This document shows positions 10,817 to 23,962 of a DNA stretch of 64,000 nt, one piece after another. The notes below the pieces were generated by a model, which was not told the DNA's origin, did not search any database, and was given only the letters and a program-made list of their open reading frames with translations. This DNA is from Macrostomum lignano (lineage: Eukaryota): contig NIVC01002993.1 in the NCBI GenBank assembly GCA_002269645.1, positions 62,001 through 126,000 of the forward strand, written 5' to 3'. Each line of letters starts with the position of its first letter. The stretch's first letter is position 1. Both the position numbers and the translations under genes were made by a program.

Positions 10817-12830
10817 CAAACTAGAAACTTCCCACACAAACTAGAAACTTCCCACTCCCAAACTAGAAACTTCCCACACAAACTAGAACCTTCCCACACA
10901 AACTAGAAACTTTCCACACAAACTAGAAACTTCCCACTCCCAAACTAGAACCTTCCCACACAAACTAGAAACTTCCCACTCCCAAACTAGAAACTTCCCA
11001 CACAAACTAGAAACTTCCCACTCCAAACTAGAAACTTCCCACACAAACTAGAAACTTCCTACTCAAACTAGAAACTTCCGCACAAACTAGAAACTTCCCA
11101 CACAAACTAGAAACTTCCCACACAAACTAGAAACTTCCTACTCAAACTAGAAACTTCCTACTCAAACTAGAAACTTCCCACACAAACTAGAAACTTCCCA
11201 CACAAACTAGAAACTTTCCACACAAACTAGAAACTTCCTACTCAAACTAGAAACTTTCCACACAAACTAGAAACTTCCCACACAAACTAGAAACTTCCCA
11301 CACAAACTAGAAACTTCCTACTCAAACTAGAAACTTCCCACACAAACTAGAAACTTCCCACACAAACTAGAAACTTCCTACTCAAACTAGAAACTTCCCA
11401 CACAAACTAGAAACTTCCCACACAAACTAGAAACTTCCCACACAAACTAGAAACTTTCCACACAAACTAGAAACTTCCCACACAAACTAGAAACTTTCCA
11501 CACAAACTAGAAACTTCCCACACAAACTAGAAACTTTCCACACAAACTAGAAGCTTCCCACACAAACTAGAAACTTCCCACACAAACTAGAAACTTCCGC
11601 ACAAACTAGAAACTTCCCACACAAACTAGAAACTTCCCACACAAACTAGAAACTTTCCACACAAACTAGAAACTTCCTACTCAAACTAGAAACTTCCCAC
11701 ACAAACTAGAAACTTCCCACACAAACTAGAAACTTCCTACTCAAACTAGAAACTTCCCACACAAACTAGAAACTTCCCACTTAAACTAGAAGCTTCCCAC
11801 ACAAACTAGAAACTTCCCACACAAATTAGAAACTTCCTACTCAAACTAGAAACTTCCCACACAAACTAGAAACTTCCTACTCAAACTAGAAACTTCCCAC
11901 ACAAACTAGAAACTTCCCACACAAACTAGAAACTTCCTACTCAAACTAGAAACTTCCCACACAAACTAGAAACTTCCCACACAAACTAGAAACTTCCTAC
12001 TCAAACTAGAAACTTCCCACACAAACTAGAAACTTTCCACACAAACTAGAAGCTTCCCACACAAACTAGAAACTTCCCACACAAACTAGAAACTTCCCAC
12101 ACAAACTAGAAACTTCCCACACAAACTAGAAACTTCCTACTCAAACTAGAAACTTCCCACACAAACTAGAAACTTTCCACACAAACTAGAAGCTTCCCAC
12201 ACAAACTAGAAACTTCCCACACAAACTAGAAACTTCCACACAAACTAGAAACTTCCGCACAAACTAGAAACTTCCCACACAAACTAGAAACTTCCCACAC
12301 AAACTAGAAACTTTCCACACAAACTAGAAACTTCCTACTCAAACTAGAAACTTCCCACACAAACTAGAAACTTCCACACAAACTAGAAACTTCCCACACA
12401 AACTAGAAACTTCCCACTCAAACTAGAAGCTTCCCACACAAACTAGAAACTTTCCACACAAACTAGAAACTTCCCACACAAACTAGAAACTTTCCACACA
12501 AACTAGAAGCTTCCCACACAAACTAGAAACTTCCCACACAAACTAGAAACTTCCACACAAACTAGAAACTTCCCACACAAACTAGAAACTTCCCACACAA
12601 ACTAGAAACTTTCCACACAAACTAGAAACTTCCTACTCAAACTAGAAACTTCCCACACAAACTAGAAACTTCCCACTCAAACTAGAAACTTCCCACACAA
12701 ACTAGAAACTTCCCACTCAAACTAGAAGCTTCCCACACAAACTAGAAACTTCCTGGTGAAAAGATGGGTAGAAGCTTCCCACACAAACTAGAAACTTCCC
12801 ACACAAACTAGAAACTTCCCACTCAAACTT
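10817..12830. repeat. 20-bp minisatellite (aaactagaaacttcccacac)
   Basis: About 100 tandem units with minor variants. Confidence 0.97.
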
Positions 12831-13209
12831 GAAAACTTGACAAATATCAAAAAAAAATCTAAGAAATAAAAAAGCATACAAGGAAAACATTACGTCCTAG
12901 AAGCCCTTTATTTATTATTAAAAATCAATATTGTATTATTGAAAGAAATACTAAATACAATGGCGAATCCTAATAGCAGTCAAAACAATACAATATTGAT
13001 TTTTTTAAGTTATTAATTTTCAACATTAGCAACTACAGCCTGATAACAATACGCAGGTATTATCGAAATAAACATAGCTTTTGCTCAGCAAGACTGTAAC
13101 GTGCATAGCTAGGAAAAAAGCTATGAACAAGTTGACGGGAAGGGTATTGTTTAAACTTTATAAGCTATGGCCTGACGGGTTATGTAATCTAACATAAAAT
13201 GAATCCGGA

Positions 13210-14085
13210 CTAAGGCTTCCCGGCTCATCTCTCCTACCTTCTCTCCCCTCTCTCCTTCTCTCCCCTTCTCTCCTCTCTCCTTCTCTCGTCTCCCCTTCTC
13301 TCTCTCCCTTCTCCCCTTCTCTCCTCTCCCCTTCTCTCTCCTTCTCCCCTTCTCTCCTCTCCCCTTCTCTCCTCTCCCCTTCTCTCCTCTCCCCTTCTCT
13401 CCTCCCTTCTCTCCTCTCCCCTTCTCTCCTCTCCCCTTCTTCCTCCCCTTCTCTCCTCTTCTCCCCTTCTCTCCTCTCCCTTCTCTCTCCTTCTCCCCTT
13501 CTCTCCTCTCCCCTTCTCTCCTCTCCCCTTCTCTCCTCTCCCCTTCTCTCCTTCTCCCCTTCTCTCCTCTCCCCTTCTCTCCTCTCCCCTTCTCTCCTCT
13601 CCCTTCTCTCCTCCCCCTTCTCTCCTCTCCCCTTCTCTCCTCCCCTTCTCTCCTCTTCTCCCCTTCTCTCCTCTCCCCTTCTCTCCCCTTCTCCCCTTAT
13701 CTCCTCTCCCATCTCTCCTCTCCCTTCTCTCCTCTCCCCTTCTCTCCTCCCCCTTCTCTCCTCTTCTCCCCTTCTCTCCTCTCCCCTTCTTTCCTCTCCC
13801 CTTCTCTCCTCCCCTTCTCTCCTCTTCTCCCCTTCTCTCCTCTCCCCTTCTCTCCCCTTCTCCCCTTATCTCCTCTCCCCATCTCTCCTCTCCCCTTCTC
13901 TCCTCTCCCCCTTCTCTCCTCTTCTCCCCTTCTCTCCTCTCCCCTTCTCTCCTCTCCCCTTCTCTCTTCTCTCCTTCTCTCCTCTTCTCCCCTTCTCTCC
14001 CTTTCTCCCTTCTCTCCTCTTCTCCCCTTCTCCCTCTTTCTTTCCCCTCTTCTCCCCTTTCTCCTCTCCTTTTTCCCACTTTGTC
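13210..14085. repeat. ~15-bp purine/pyrimidine minisatellite (ctctcctctcccctt as written; inside complemented block)
   Basis: Direct inspection; source of the GERRE ORFs. Confidence 0.95.
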
Positions 14086-14248
14086 TCCCTCTACTTCTGT
14101 CTTATAATTCTTTTGACTTCGCGTAATTACTCTATGTCTTTTTTTCGAAATCTTTTTCTCTCTTTTATGTTTCCTTATAGTTGTTCTGTTCTCTACCCTG
14201 AGGCCCTTTAGAATTGCTACCCGAGAATTTTGCTAAGAGTCAAGACCT

Positions 14249-14551
14249 AATCTGTCTCGCAAATACGCGTTTGGCAGACCAAGGGTTTGGGTGTAAACTA
14301 TGAGCTAGACAAAACGTATTAAGGTTCTGCCGCGTTAGTGTTTAAAGTCCCAAAAAAAGTTACAGGCGGCGCAGGAGCCGGCGGAGGCGCTGGCGGCGGG
14401 GGCGCAGGCGCGGCGCGGGGGACGGCGCGGCCGGCGGGCCGACCGGGGCTGCTTTGGCCTATAGGAATCAGAGTTTGTTCGGGCGGTCCAGCAACAGCGT
14501 CTTTTACGTCGGCCAGTCCATCGGGACGCCGAGCGAACTCGGCGAGACGAA
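14249..14551 (-). CDS. TOP3B: TOP3B exon 8, last exon (readable only as reverse without complement)
   Basis: Reverse reading ttatttcag|AAG gives KQSGSSEPQGYLTGCIFCDNDLAGLFETKDIRFRRGQPGGRRGRGRG, matching the TOP3B GCxFCD zinc motif and RGG tail. In-frame TAA at 14251-14249; an alternative RGG-frame TGA lies at 14360-14358. Confidence 0.85.
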
Positions 14552-14794
14552 GACTTTATTGCTCGTTTCCCAATCCCACCGCCACTCCGGCCGCTCCGCA
14601 CCGCAGTAGCGCACAAAAATTTATTTTATTGTGTTTGCGCGCGTTTTCGTAGCGCTTCGGATTAATTCCGTCTCGAAGATTTTCCGAAGGGCTCAATCTT
14701 TAACAGACGAAAGCCACTCGTTCGGCGTAGTCCTGACGTCTTCTATTAATTTGCCGTTTCTGCTGATTTCTACTGCTGTTTCCTCTTTCTCTCC

Positions 14795-15414
<620 letters not shown>

Positions 15415-15619
15415 GCTCCCGATAGGGTTTTCATTCAAAGCGATACGATATTTTCTGTTTGATCACTGGGTTTTTAGTTGTTTTGAAACGTTGACGTTTT
15501 ACTTGAGTATCAATGAGATGCTCATGTTTAAACGGCGGCTCCAGTTGCGTCAGAGTAATCTCCATGTACACGTCGAAAATCTATGGATGTACGGCCCTCT
15601 CAATAGCGTCTATTGTCAC

Positions 15620-15860
15620 CATGGATCAATAATCCTCTCCATGGATCTATGGTCTTCTCTCATAGATCCATTGTCCTCTTGGTCCTCTCATGATATGGAT
15701 GTGCATCTATGTTCCTCTCTTTGGATCTACGGTCCTCTCTCATGGATCTACGGTCCTCTCCATGGATCTACGGTACTCTCCGTTGGATCTATGTTCCTGT
15801 CCATGGATCTACGATCCTCCCTCATGTACCTATGGTCTTATCATGGATCAATGCTTCTCT
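15620..15860. repeat. Degenerate ~20-bp repeat (catggatctacggtcctctc)
   Basis: About 10 diverged copies. Confidence 0.75.
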
Positions 15861-15966
15861 TTATTGGGTCTCTATAGGCGGCTGTTTCTTTTCCATGGGC
15901 TAATTCTTATTGATATAGTCCCTACTACTTTTTGTTGTTTTCCATGTATTTCATGTATTCCGAGTG

Positions 15967-16796
15967 GACCAATCTCTTGTCAGCTTGGGCTAATCGTAAC
16001 GTGGATCTTGTGACTAGTCCGTCGTGCCGGTCAAATCACTGCGTTAACAGGTGGAACTCGGGCTGTAGCGTGACTAACGTATCGTGAAATTTAAATCCGC
16101 CTCGTCACCTTAGGTGTTGGTTATGCGGCCTAACCGTCCGCCGCGTCGGCAGCTACGGCAATCTGACCTGCCTGACGCCCGTCCAGCCCACCGACGTGAC
16201 TAACGTCGGCGACGGAAAGAAGTATAGGAGCTTACCGCCTAATCGCATCGTTATGCCCGTGTTACCCTTCGAGAAACTTAAGCACGGGACTCAGGTATCA
16301 TGATTAAGCTTTAGCAGGTTCCCTGTAAACTCGAGGAACATGACGGCTTATCTCGGGTAGACCCCGTCTAACATTCACAGCAACGTTACGCTCGTCACGT
16401 CGGCGACCCCGGCCCACCGTTGATTAAAGTATATCGCGAACGTGAACGGCGTGGCTCTGTCGCCGAAAGGCCTGAGCGTGTCGCCTAGCTTGCTGTGGAG
16501 TTTGTCCAGCAGGTAACGCCTTTACACGAGGTGTTTCATCGCTTTGAACCGGCTTTTCTACAGGTTACGCACGAAGTTATGCCGAAACATTAGCCGAACC
16601 GGTGCTCGCTACTCCAAGTCGACGAGAAGCTGGCGGCTCGCGTAGACGCCGTCCCGGTCGAGAAACAGCTAGAAGAGCATCGGTACGTGGTCGTGCTACG
16701 GGTCGAGGCAACCGTAGTCGAACGCCGGCCCGTCGTCGACGTGTATCAAGGCGAGGTACTACAAGACTTACACGTGGCCCTACGACCGCAGGCACG
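15967..16796 (-). CDS. TOP3B: TOP3B exon 7, 830 bp (readable only as reverse without complement)
   Basis: Reverse reading gcag|GC ACG GAC gives (G)TDASIPVHIQNIMERNYV...LGIVLVHGY...KPLSRCGKC...LHCSHC...CPLDDFELVLW...CPYCY..., with no stops. Donor CAG|gtgagc at 15967/15966. It completes the split Gly codon from exon 6. Confidence 0.95.
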
Positions 16797-16842
16797 GACG
16801 GCCAAAACCCCGTTCCCTCGCGCACCGTCAATCTCACCTACG

Positions 16843-17135
<293 letters not shown>

Positions 17136-18678
17136 TATCTAACCTTAGGATTTACATGAAATTTATTTTGGGCATTTACATTAAATACACTTAAGAGACT
17201 CTGCTTTGACTTAATCTTCATTTCTATTTTAGCTCTTTTTGGCAAGAGAATTGTTTTAGTGCACTGAAAATCCAAGAGTTTCCTGTAGGCCCTGCCTACC
17301 TGCAAGAACTTTGCACTCGTTAATTTTAGAATCAGTTCCCGTCGCCTCGCGGGCACTGTTGACGCGCCCTCGGCATCGCCCTCTCCCCCGTCCTGTTGTC
17401 TGAGTTTTGACGGTTCAAACCTTACGATCTTCTTCAGCCGCGCCCTGAAACTCCATTGATTTCAAAAACAATCTGTGGGTGCGTGAGAATTTATTTATTT
17501 TTACCTTTGGGGTGCCAATTCCTCTCTGTTTCTTGGCGAAACTCTGTGGCTACCTCGGTCAAACCGAGGCCTCTTCCCCCCCCCTATTTGATCTATTTCG
17601 ATCAGAGCGAAGGCGGTACGGTTCCTTAAGATCTTACTCTAATACCTCACTTCATTAGCAGTAAGGAAAGTCAGAAGTTTATATAAATTCGGTCGTGTTT
17701 TTTACCTGCTCCGAAACGAAAGTATTCTGGATTTTAAAATCTCGAAGGATCTAAGAACTTTTAAAACTCCTTCAGTTTGTCCCACATGTCGCCGGGACTG
17801 ATAGTTTAGCAGTCTGTACATGTGAGAGACACAGAACCCCCGACCGGGAGTACCGACACTGAGCGTACTGTCGCGGAACCGTTAAATAGTTAGAAAAGCC
17901 TGGGTCTTTATACTTCATATCCTTATTTTTCTAATATCGCCTGACTTATGACGAAAAAACTTAAGACTAATAATCTATAACGCGTAAAATAATTAGTTCT
18001 AATCATCTGTTTAGGTCTAAAGATAAAAATCAGTAGGTACGTCGTTTGAAACTGGGTGGATGCGTAACTTCTTTTAGTCATAAAAAAGATCAGACAGATG
18101 CGCGAATTATTTTTTTTGCTCGGTTTTCTCTGCTGTACATGTTGACGGCTGTTTCTATGGTCTACTACTCAGTGAGCGACCAAGTGACTCCAACATTTTG
18201 AGCCTCGTTAAGAAGAATTGACTGTTCTTTTAGCACGGTATGGCATAACGTGTCGCCGAAAGATGCCTGCCTGCGTGAAGATAAACGATGATCGTCTCCA
18301 CCTGTCTGTCCAGAACTTGACGATTTGTAAAGGGTAAGTGTTAAGAAAGGTTAATCCGTCAACTCCTTTAAAGGGTCGTTGCGTTGCCGGAACCGAAAAG
18401 AAGAGGTGAGAGCTGTGGCAGCGTTGACGGGTGTGTGACCGCGGATAAAAACCTACAAAAGAAAGTAGTTGTATTTGGTAGGGTCTGTCCTCATAGGTTT
18501 TATGAAAATCATCTCTTTTTAGCGCGGCCTTTAGTTCGCTTTTATCTCGGCCCCGCTTCTCACGTCGCACGTGTCGTCAGACTGTAAGGTAGTATGGTTT
18601 TTTCAGAGTAAAACAACCACCCAACAGCAGCGTTGGTTCCGAATCCGGACCTGAACTTCTTCGCCTTTTTTCCCCACA

Positions 18679-18718
<40 letters not shown>

Positions 18719-19299
18719 GAGCACTGTTTGATGACATCTTTTAGACGGCGTAGAGGAGTGACGTAGGCCAGATCGTGCTCCAAATCGGTCGCAGTTGTTT
18801 TCGCCGTAATCTTAGGGCTAGACAAGAATCATCATATTGTCAGAAGATAATACGATAGGCTCTTTCTGTGGTATTTGGTTGTGTACTGGGTCGGCTTGCA
18901 AATAACGTGCGCGAACGTTTTAACCGCTGCCCACACATTAAGGGCTGCGAATATTCACGTTGTGCTCCAGCTTCTACAACCGTTTCGTCCGTCTTCCCTC
19001 ACACGATAATAACGCTAGTGTGCTGATCTGGCCGTCGAAATATTGGAATTTGACAACCTAAGTCCTAAACAGAAGTCAAGTAGGCCGACCTCGACCTCGG
19101 AAAAGATGTTGATCAGACGATTGCCAAGCATAAATTAGCCAAGTAGCATTAATCTATATTTAGTTGGCGAAAGCAGTTTTGCTTCACCCATTGGCCTAGA
19201 CTGCCAAGCTGTGACGCTACAAACATCTTTCATTTGGTCTACATCAACTCTCAACTTTCGCATACAATGTATTGTATAGCCAGAGTTAATTCCCAAATC

Positions 19300-19480
19300 A
19301 AAAGTTTGAATAGATATCTAATTTCCTAATCTAAGGTTTGAATAGATATTTAATCCCCTAATCTAAGGTTTGAGTAGATATTTAATCCCCTAATCTAAGG
19401 TTTGAACAGCTATTTAATCCCCTAATCTAAGGTTTGAAAAGATATTTAATCCCTTAATCTAAGGTTTGAATAGATATTTA
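19300..19480. repeat. 32-bp repeat, ~5 copies (aatctaaggtttgaatagatatttaatcccct)
   Basis: aatctaagg at 19328 and 19360. Confidence 0.85.
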
Positions 19481-21415
19481 CGGAGCGACTAGATACAAAT
19501 GAAAATCCTCCAAGATGCAAGCAGGTGAATCCAAGGTGTGACGAAAATCAACGACAAAGCTATTTTCAATTTTTTTTAAGAGTTCCTAGGCAGCGAAAAA
19601 GTTAAAGTTCAGATTCTGTACGGTATGAAGCAAAGTGCGTACAACTAGAGGGCGCCTGAAGCATGCAAAGCATTTTAAAGTCCACAGTCGGCAACACGCC
19701 GTGCCGACAAACCAAGCAAAAATTGACACTTTACAACACTCAAATTCTGGACGGCAAACCTGGACTAAAATAGTCTAACTGACTAGTGACGCAAAGAAGA
19801 TAAAAAGTGCAGAGCACTTTGCTTAATGCCCTGTATCAGTGTTTACAACCACTTCTGTTTGCTAAATAAACTTAGCTTACGTATAAACTTAGACTCTGTG
19901 CATAAAATAGGATTTTTCAGCTCTCAACTTGATTAGAGCTGAGCCTGAAATGATTTGATTTAAACCCGTGACAAACTAGCCAGTGATAAAATCATTGTCA
20001 AGTGATAGAGTATAATGATTGTAGAGTTTCGGCCATAGACTAATACGATAAAAGTAACAATACAATTGCAGGGCTGCGGGCACCCTGACGCAACGCCTTC
20101 GCCCTTCGGTGACATCGTCCCACAAGCAGCGGTGAGGCAATTCTGCCCCATTCCGCTGACACGTGAGCACATACTTCACGCTGACAGCGGGCCTGACTTT
20201 CTAATCATCAGGCATGTACACCCTGTGCCTTATGGGTTAGCCCTCAGCTCAGTTTTTGTGCACCACAAGCCACCAAATGAATGTGGCCGCGCAGTCGAGC
20301 ACGGCATCAAACCAGGGGTCGTGGCGCGAGACAAGATCAGCAGACATGTTTACCGCTCCGCCTCTGACCATGCACTAACACTTCTTTATCACTTTATCAC
20401 GTGACCAAAAAGGCTTTTAAGTGTCTCAGTAAGGCACTAAAAAAGGTCAAGAAATCCTTACTTACCGTTGAAAATACACGACTTGTTAAATTGTCTTGTC
20501 TGTAGGCATTTTCATCATAAAATGCTATTTTAAGGCTTGATAATGGGTGAAGAGAGGGCGCCTACAGGCAACAAGCCAACCAGAACCCGCCTCCCATTCT
20601 AGCCGACAAGGTCAAATTATCAGGGCGAACACAGGACAAGATCATGTGACCTGAATGCCGCATGGCACAGGTAGGCTCACGGGCAGCGTCACTTAATGCA
20701 ATCTAATTATCGTATTGGCATGTGTAGTTGGCACTAGGCAAGTTAATTACATGTACTAGCTCGCTGTGATATAAATAAACTTTATTCCAGTCCATTCACA
20801 ATGAAATAACCTGAGAGACAGAGGCGACCTTTGATCAAGGTCAGGTAGGGCTGAGTAGTGAATCCTCACGTATAGAAACAATGTGCTGACTTCTGAGTTA
20901 ACAAGGACAAAAAGCTCAACATTAGCTTTGAAAATGTCAACAAATTTCTTATCAGTTAAACCGAACAAATAACTGCCGACTGACCGCTCAATACTCAATG
21001 CTCGTGTGCTCATGCTCACTTGCTTACAGGCTCTTAGTAACCAGCACATCGAGTTTCTCCATAATGCAATTAAGGAAAATCCCCCCGTCCGGGCGTCCCC
21101 GCCCTCAAAGATCGAGCCATCGCTCGTCCCTAAGATCACGTGATGCCCTTGGCGTAGGAGTGGCTGGCTGGCTCCTTCAGCTCCCTTGGGGGAGGATGCT
21201 AGCTAGCTAGCTAATGGGAAAGATTTTTGGGCCTTCCACGAAAGAAAAAATAGAAACACAGAAACGGCAGGATGACGAAATCTCTGTGAGGGAGGGGAGG
21301 GGAGCCAATCCAGACCGATGGGCCCACCCGCCCCCGCCCAGCCACTCCATTCATGGCTGCCATTTCGGTACAACTATGGAATGGGGGAGAGAGGTGAAGA
21401 GCCCCCGAAACTGTG

Positions 21416-21423
21416 TATAAATA
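21416..21423 (+). promoter_or_regulatory. TATA box (TATAAATA) of the nested gene
   Basis: Consensus TATA about 125 bp upstream of the ATG at 21547. Confidence 0.55.
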
Positions 21424-21546
21424 CGAGCCCAAGGTTAACACTTTTTGCCTGTCTGAAAGAGCGCCAAGCTTCAGATTTTAACACCGCTTAAAGTCTTTAA
21501 TTGTTGGAAAGAAATCAGTTTTTGATTCAACAGACCGAAGACAACA

Positions 21547-21619
21547 ATGGCAAGGACTTCGCAAGTTGGCCTAATAGTTGTGTCTCTGCTACTTGTGCTG
21601 GGCATGACCAACGGAATGG
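21547..21619 (+). CDS. Nested gene exon 1: signal peptide
   Basis: acaacaATG, then MARTSQVGLIVVSLLLVLGMTNGM with a hydrophobic core; donor G|gtaggc at 21619/21620. Confidence 0.7.
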
Positions 21620-21718
21620 GTAGGCCGTTAATTGTTTAATTGTTATTAATCTCATAATTGCAAGTAAGTTTAAATCACTATATTAACTATATTTTTATCA
21701 TCCTTTCCAATTGTCAAG

Positions 21719-22059
21719 ACCTGTTGCGCCGTTCTCGTCGGTCGAAGGAAAACGATCCCAACATGACTTCGTACGAGGAGGACTGCCCAAACGGACTCAT
21801 CGCCTATCTGAAGTTCAACACGCGTACAGGCGTGTTTGATTGCGCAATCAAAACGGCCGAGATCTGCCTGGCTCTCTGCCAGCTAGTTGAAAGCGTCAAC
21901 TGGGACATTAGTAACACGCTGAGCATGCGGGACCAGGAGGACAGGGACCAGTGGTACTGCAGGGCTCTGCCAGGCTACCCAACCAGGCCCTGCTTCTTCA
22001 AGCCGAGGCATCAGATTGAAGACGACGTGGATCGGATGTTTAGGTACGAGTGGCCTTAG
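21719..22059 (+). CDS. Nested gene exon 2: secreted Cys-rich protein (6 Cys, RSRR basic site)
   Basis: Pyrimidine-rich acceptor tgtcaag|AC rebuilds GAC in phase with exon 1. Open frame DLLRRSRRSKENDPNM...C...C...C...C...C...C...RYEWP*. Confidence 0.7.
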
Positions 22060-23644
22060 TGGCCAGTCAGTCTGACTGAGATTGCAATTCCCGGCTGTTC
22101 GAACACCTCGGATTTATTATTATTAATCAAATATAGAGATGTCAGACGCGTTTAATACATGACTGGCCACCCACGGAACATTTAAATTTGTTATAATAGT
22201 CTTTGTTGCCGCTACTCCCAGCTACACTTGATGTTGTACAAAATATATTATATCATATATTATTAATTACTGTGTAATTGCTCGCATAAAATTTGCAATA
22301 TCTAACCAATGCGCATACTATAACAAAAGAAAACTGAGTCACATTTTTAACGTACGGTACGGGTTACGGCAGCTTGATTGGATATTTTTTCTATGTTCAT
22401 TTATAATTGTTATTATTTTAGATTTTTTTCCTCAGCTGTGTTCATGTGTTTCCCGTTTTTTTTTCTTTTCCAAAATGCAATGTTTTAACAATGGTAATAA
22501 TAACAGTCGTTAGGAACTGCTACAGCAATTGGCCGCTTATTATAAATATACGAAGACGCACTCCAGCTGATTGCCTGAACTAAGCGTCTAGAAGCATTGT
22601 CAGAAACTGACAGAGAAATCGAAATAATCTTAGACTTTTTTGGCTTCAAACCAAGTGAGTGACACGGGTGGGTGAAGTTTCGCGTTTATGAAAGTGACTA
22701 CAATTTTTTTAGCGGTATTGAAGTTTCGCGGTTGTGAAAGTGGGTGATTTAGCGGTTGTGAAATTTTGCGTTTGTGAAAGCAACCGAGTGACACTTTATG
22801 AAAGGTCACCTCTAGCACTTCTTTAATAAGTAGGTCACAGCAAAGTTCTTAGAGTGAATTTCTATTTAAAAAACCGGGCAATAAACATTTCCGTGCGCAG
22901 CTGCGGTGGCTCGGAAAAAGTCTTGCTAATTGGCGGAATTTTCCATCGGGGAAAACTTGCTAGTTATAATAAATTTCACAAAAAACATTCTTAATACGCT
23001 ACTCAAACAAATTAACAGTAGCAAGATAAGCAAGTAGTAGTTAAGAAAATGGAATGAAAAGGACATATGTTGTGTCAAACTCGCGAATTAATGACAGAAT
23101 AAAGTCTCAGAATTAAAAGCACAGGTTGGATTCAGTGTGCGGTCACATTAATTTGAGGCTTGTGCACAAATACGAGTATTTTGGCCTTGGGCTTGTTGTG
23201 CGATTCATGTTCATGAGGGCCAACCCTAAGGCACAGAGTGTGCATGCCTGAGGATGAGAAAGTCACGGAGGCTGTACGAACCGTAGACCATGTGTGAGTG
23301 TGTGCGTGCTCAGGGTCAGAGGAATGGGCCTGACTGGGCTCCGCAGCCATCGAGGAGGCAAGCAAATCCCACTACAAACAAACAAACAAACAAACAAGCA
23401 AAAAGCAAAAAGCAAACAAACAACCAAGCAAGCGAACAACTAAGCAACAATCAAGCAAGCAAACAAAGCCCTATAATGAACAGTCTATTTGCAAACTAAT
23501 TGCAAAAACCTGCATTGACTGACTACTATCTAGGGAAAAGTTAGTACTGCAGATTCTGCTAGAAGATCTAATGGGTCCTCACACATCTTAAACAGACCTA
23601 ACTGTTCTCAGAAAATAGAACTTTTATAAATAAGCGCTACTCAC

Positions 23645-23928
23645 CGATGCCGTGCTTCTCCATCAGGCTAATTAGCTCAGACTCTGTTAGGTAATCTGGC
23701 GGCCCAGTCTGGCCCTCCCCAATGCCAGCCTCGGTGATAGGAAACTCCTGGCCGGGCTTGCGGGTGCCAAGCGCCGCGGTCTCCTGCACGGCTAGCCAGG
23801 GCTGCGCCTGGGTGAAGCCCGGATCCAGCAGGCGGGTCCCGGAGCAGGAGAACTCCTCAGGCCCGACAGTCAGGCTTACTGTAGTCAGCTCGTATTTGGC
23901 ATCTGGCAGCAGCGTGGCCAGGTAGTGC
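23645..23928 (-). CDS. TOP3B: TOP3B exon 6
   Basis: ctcag|G CAC TAC gives HYLATLLPD...PPDYLTESELISLMEKHGI(G); donor atcG|gtgag. Confidence 0.95.
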
Positions 23929-23962
23929 CTGAGGAAAATTAGTGCCTCAGGGAATCAGAAGA

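Noticed and set aside
20756-21139. 127-aa minus-strand ORF near the nested gene
   Set aside because: No convincing start or splice context and no recognisable motif.
22670-22795. Three ~25-bp similar motifs (gaagtttcgcg..tgtgaaag) with short variable spacers, superficially CRISPR-like
   Set aside because: Only three degenerate copies with irregular spacers, a eukaryotic context and no cas genes.
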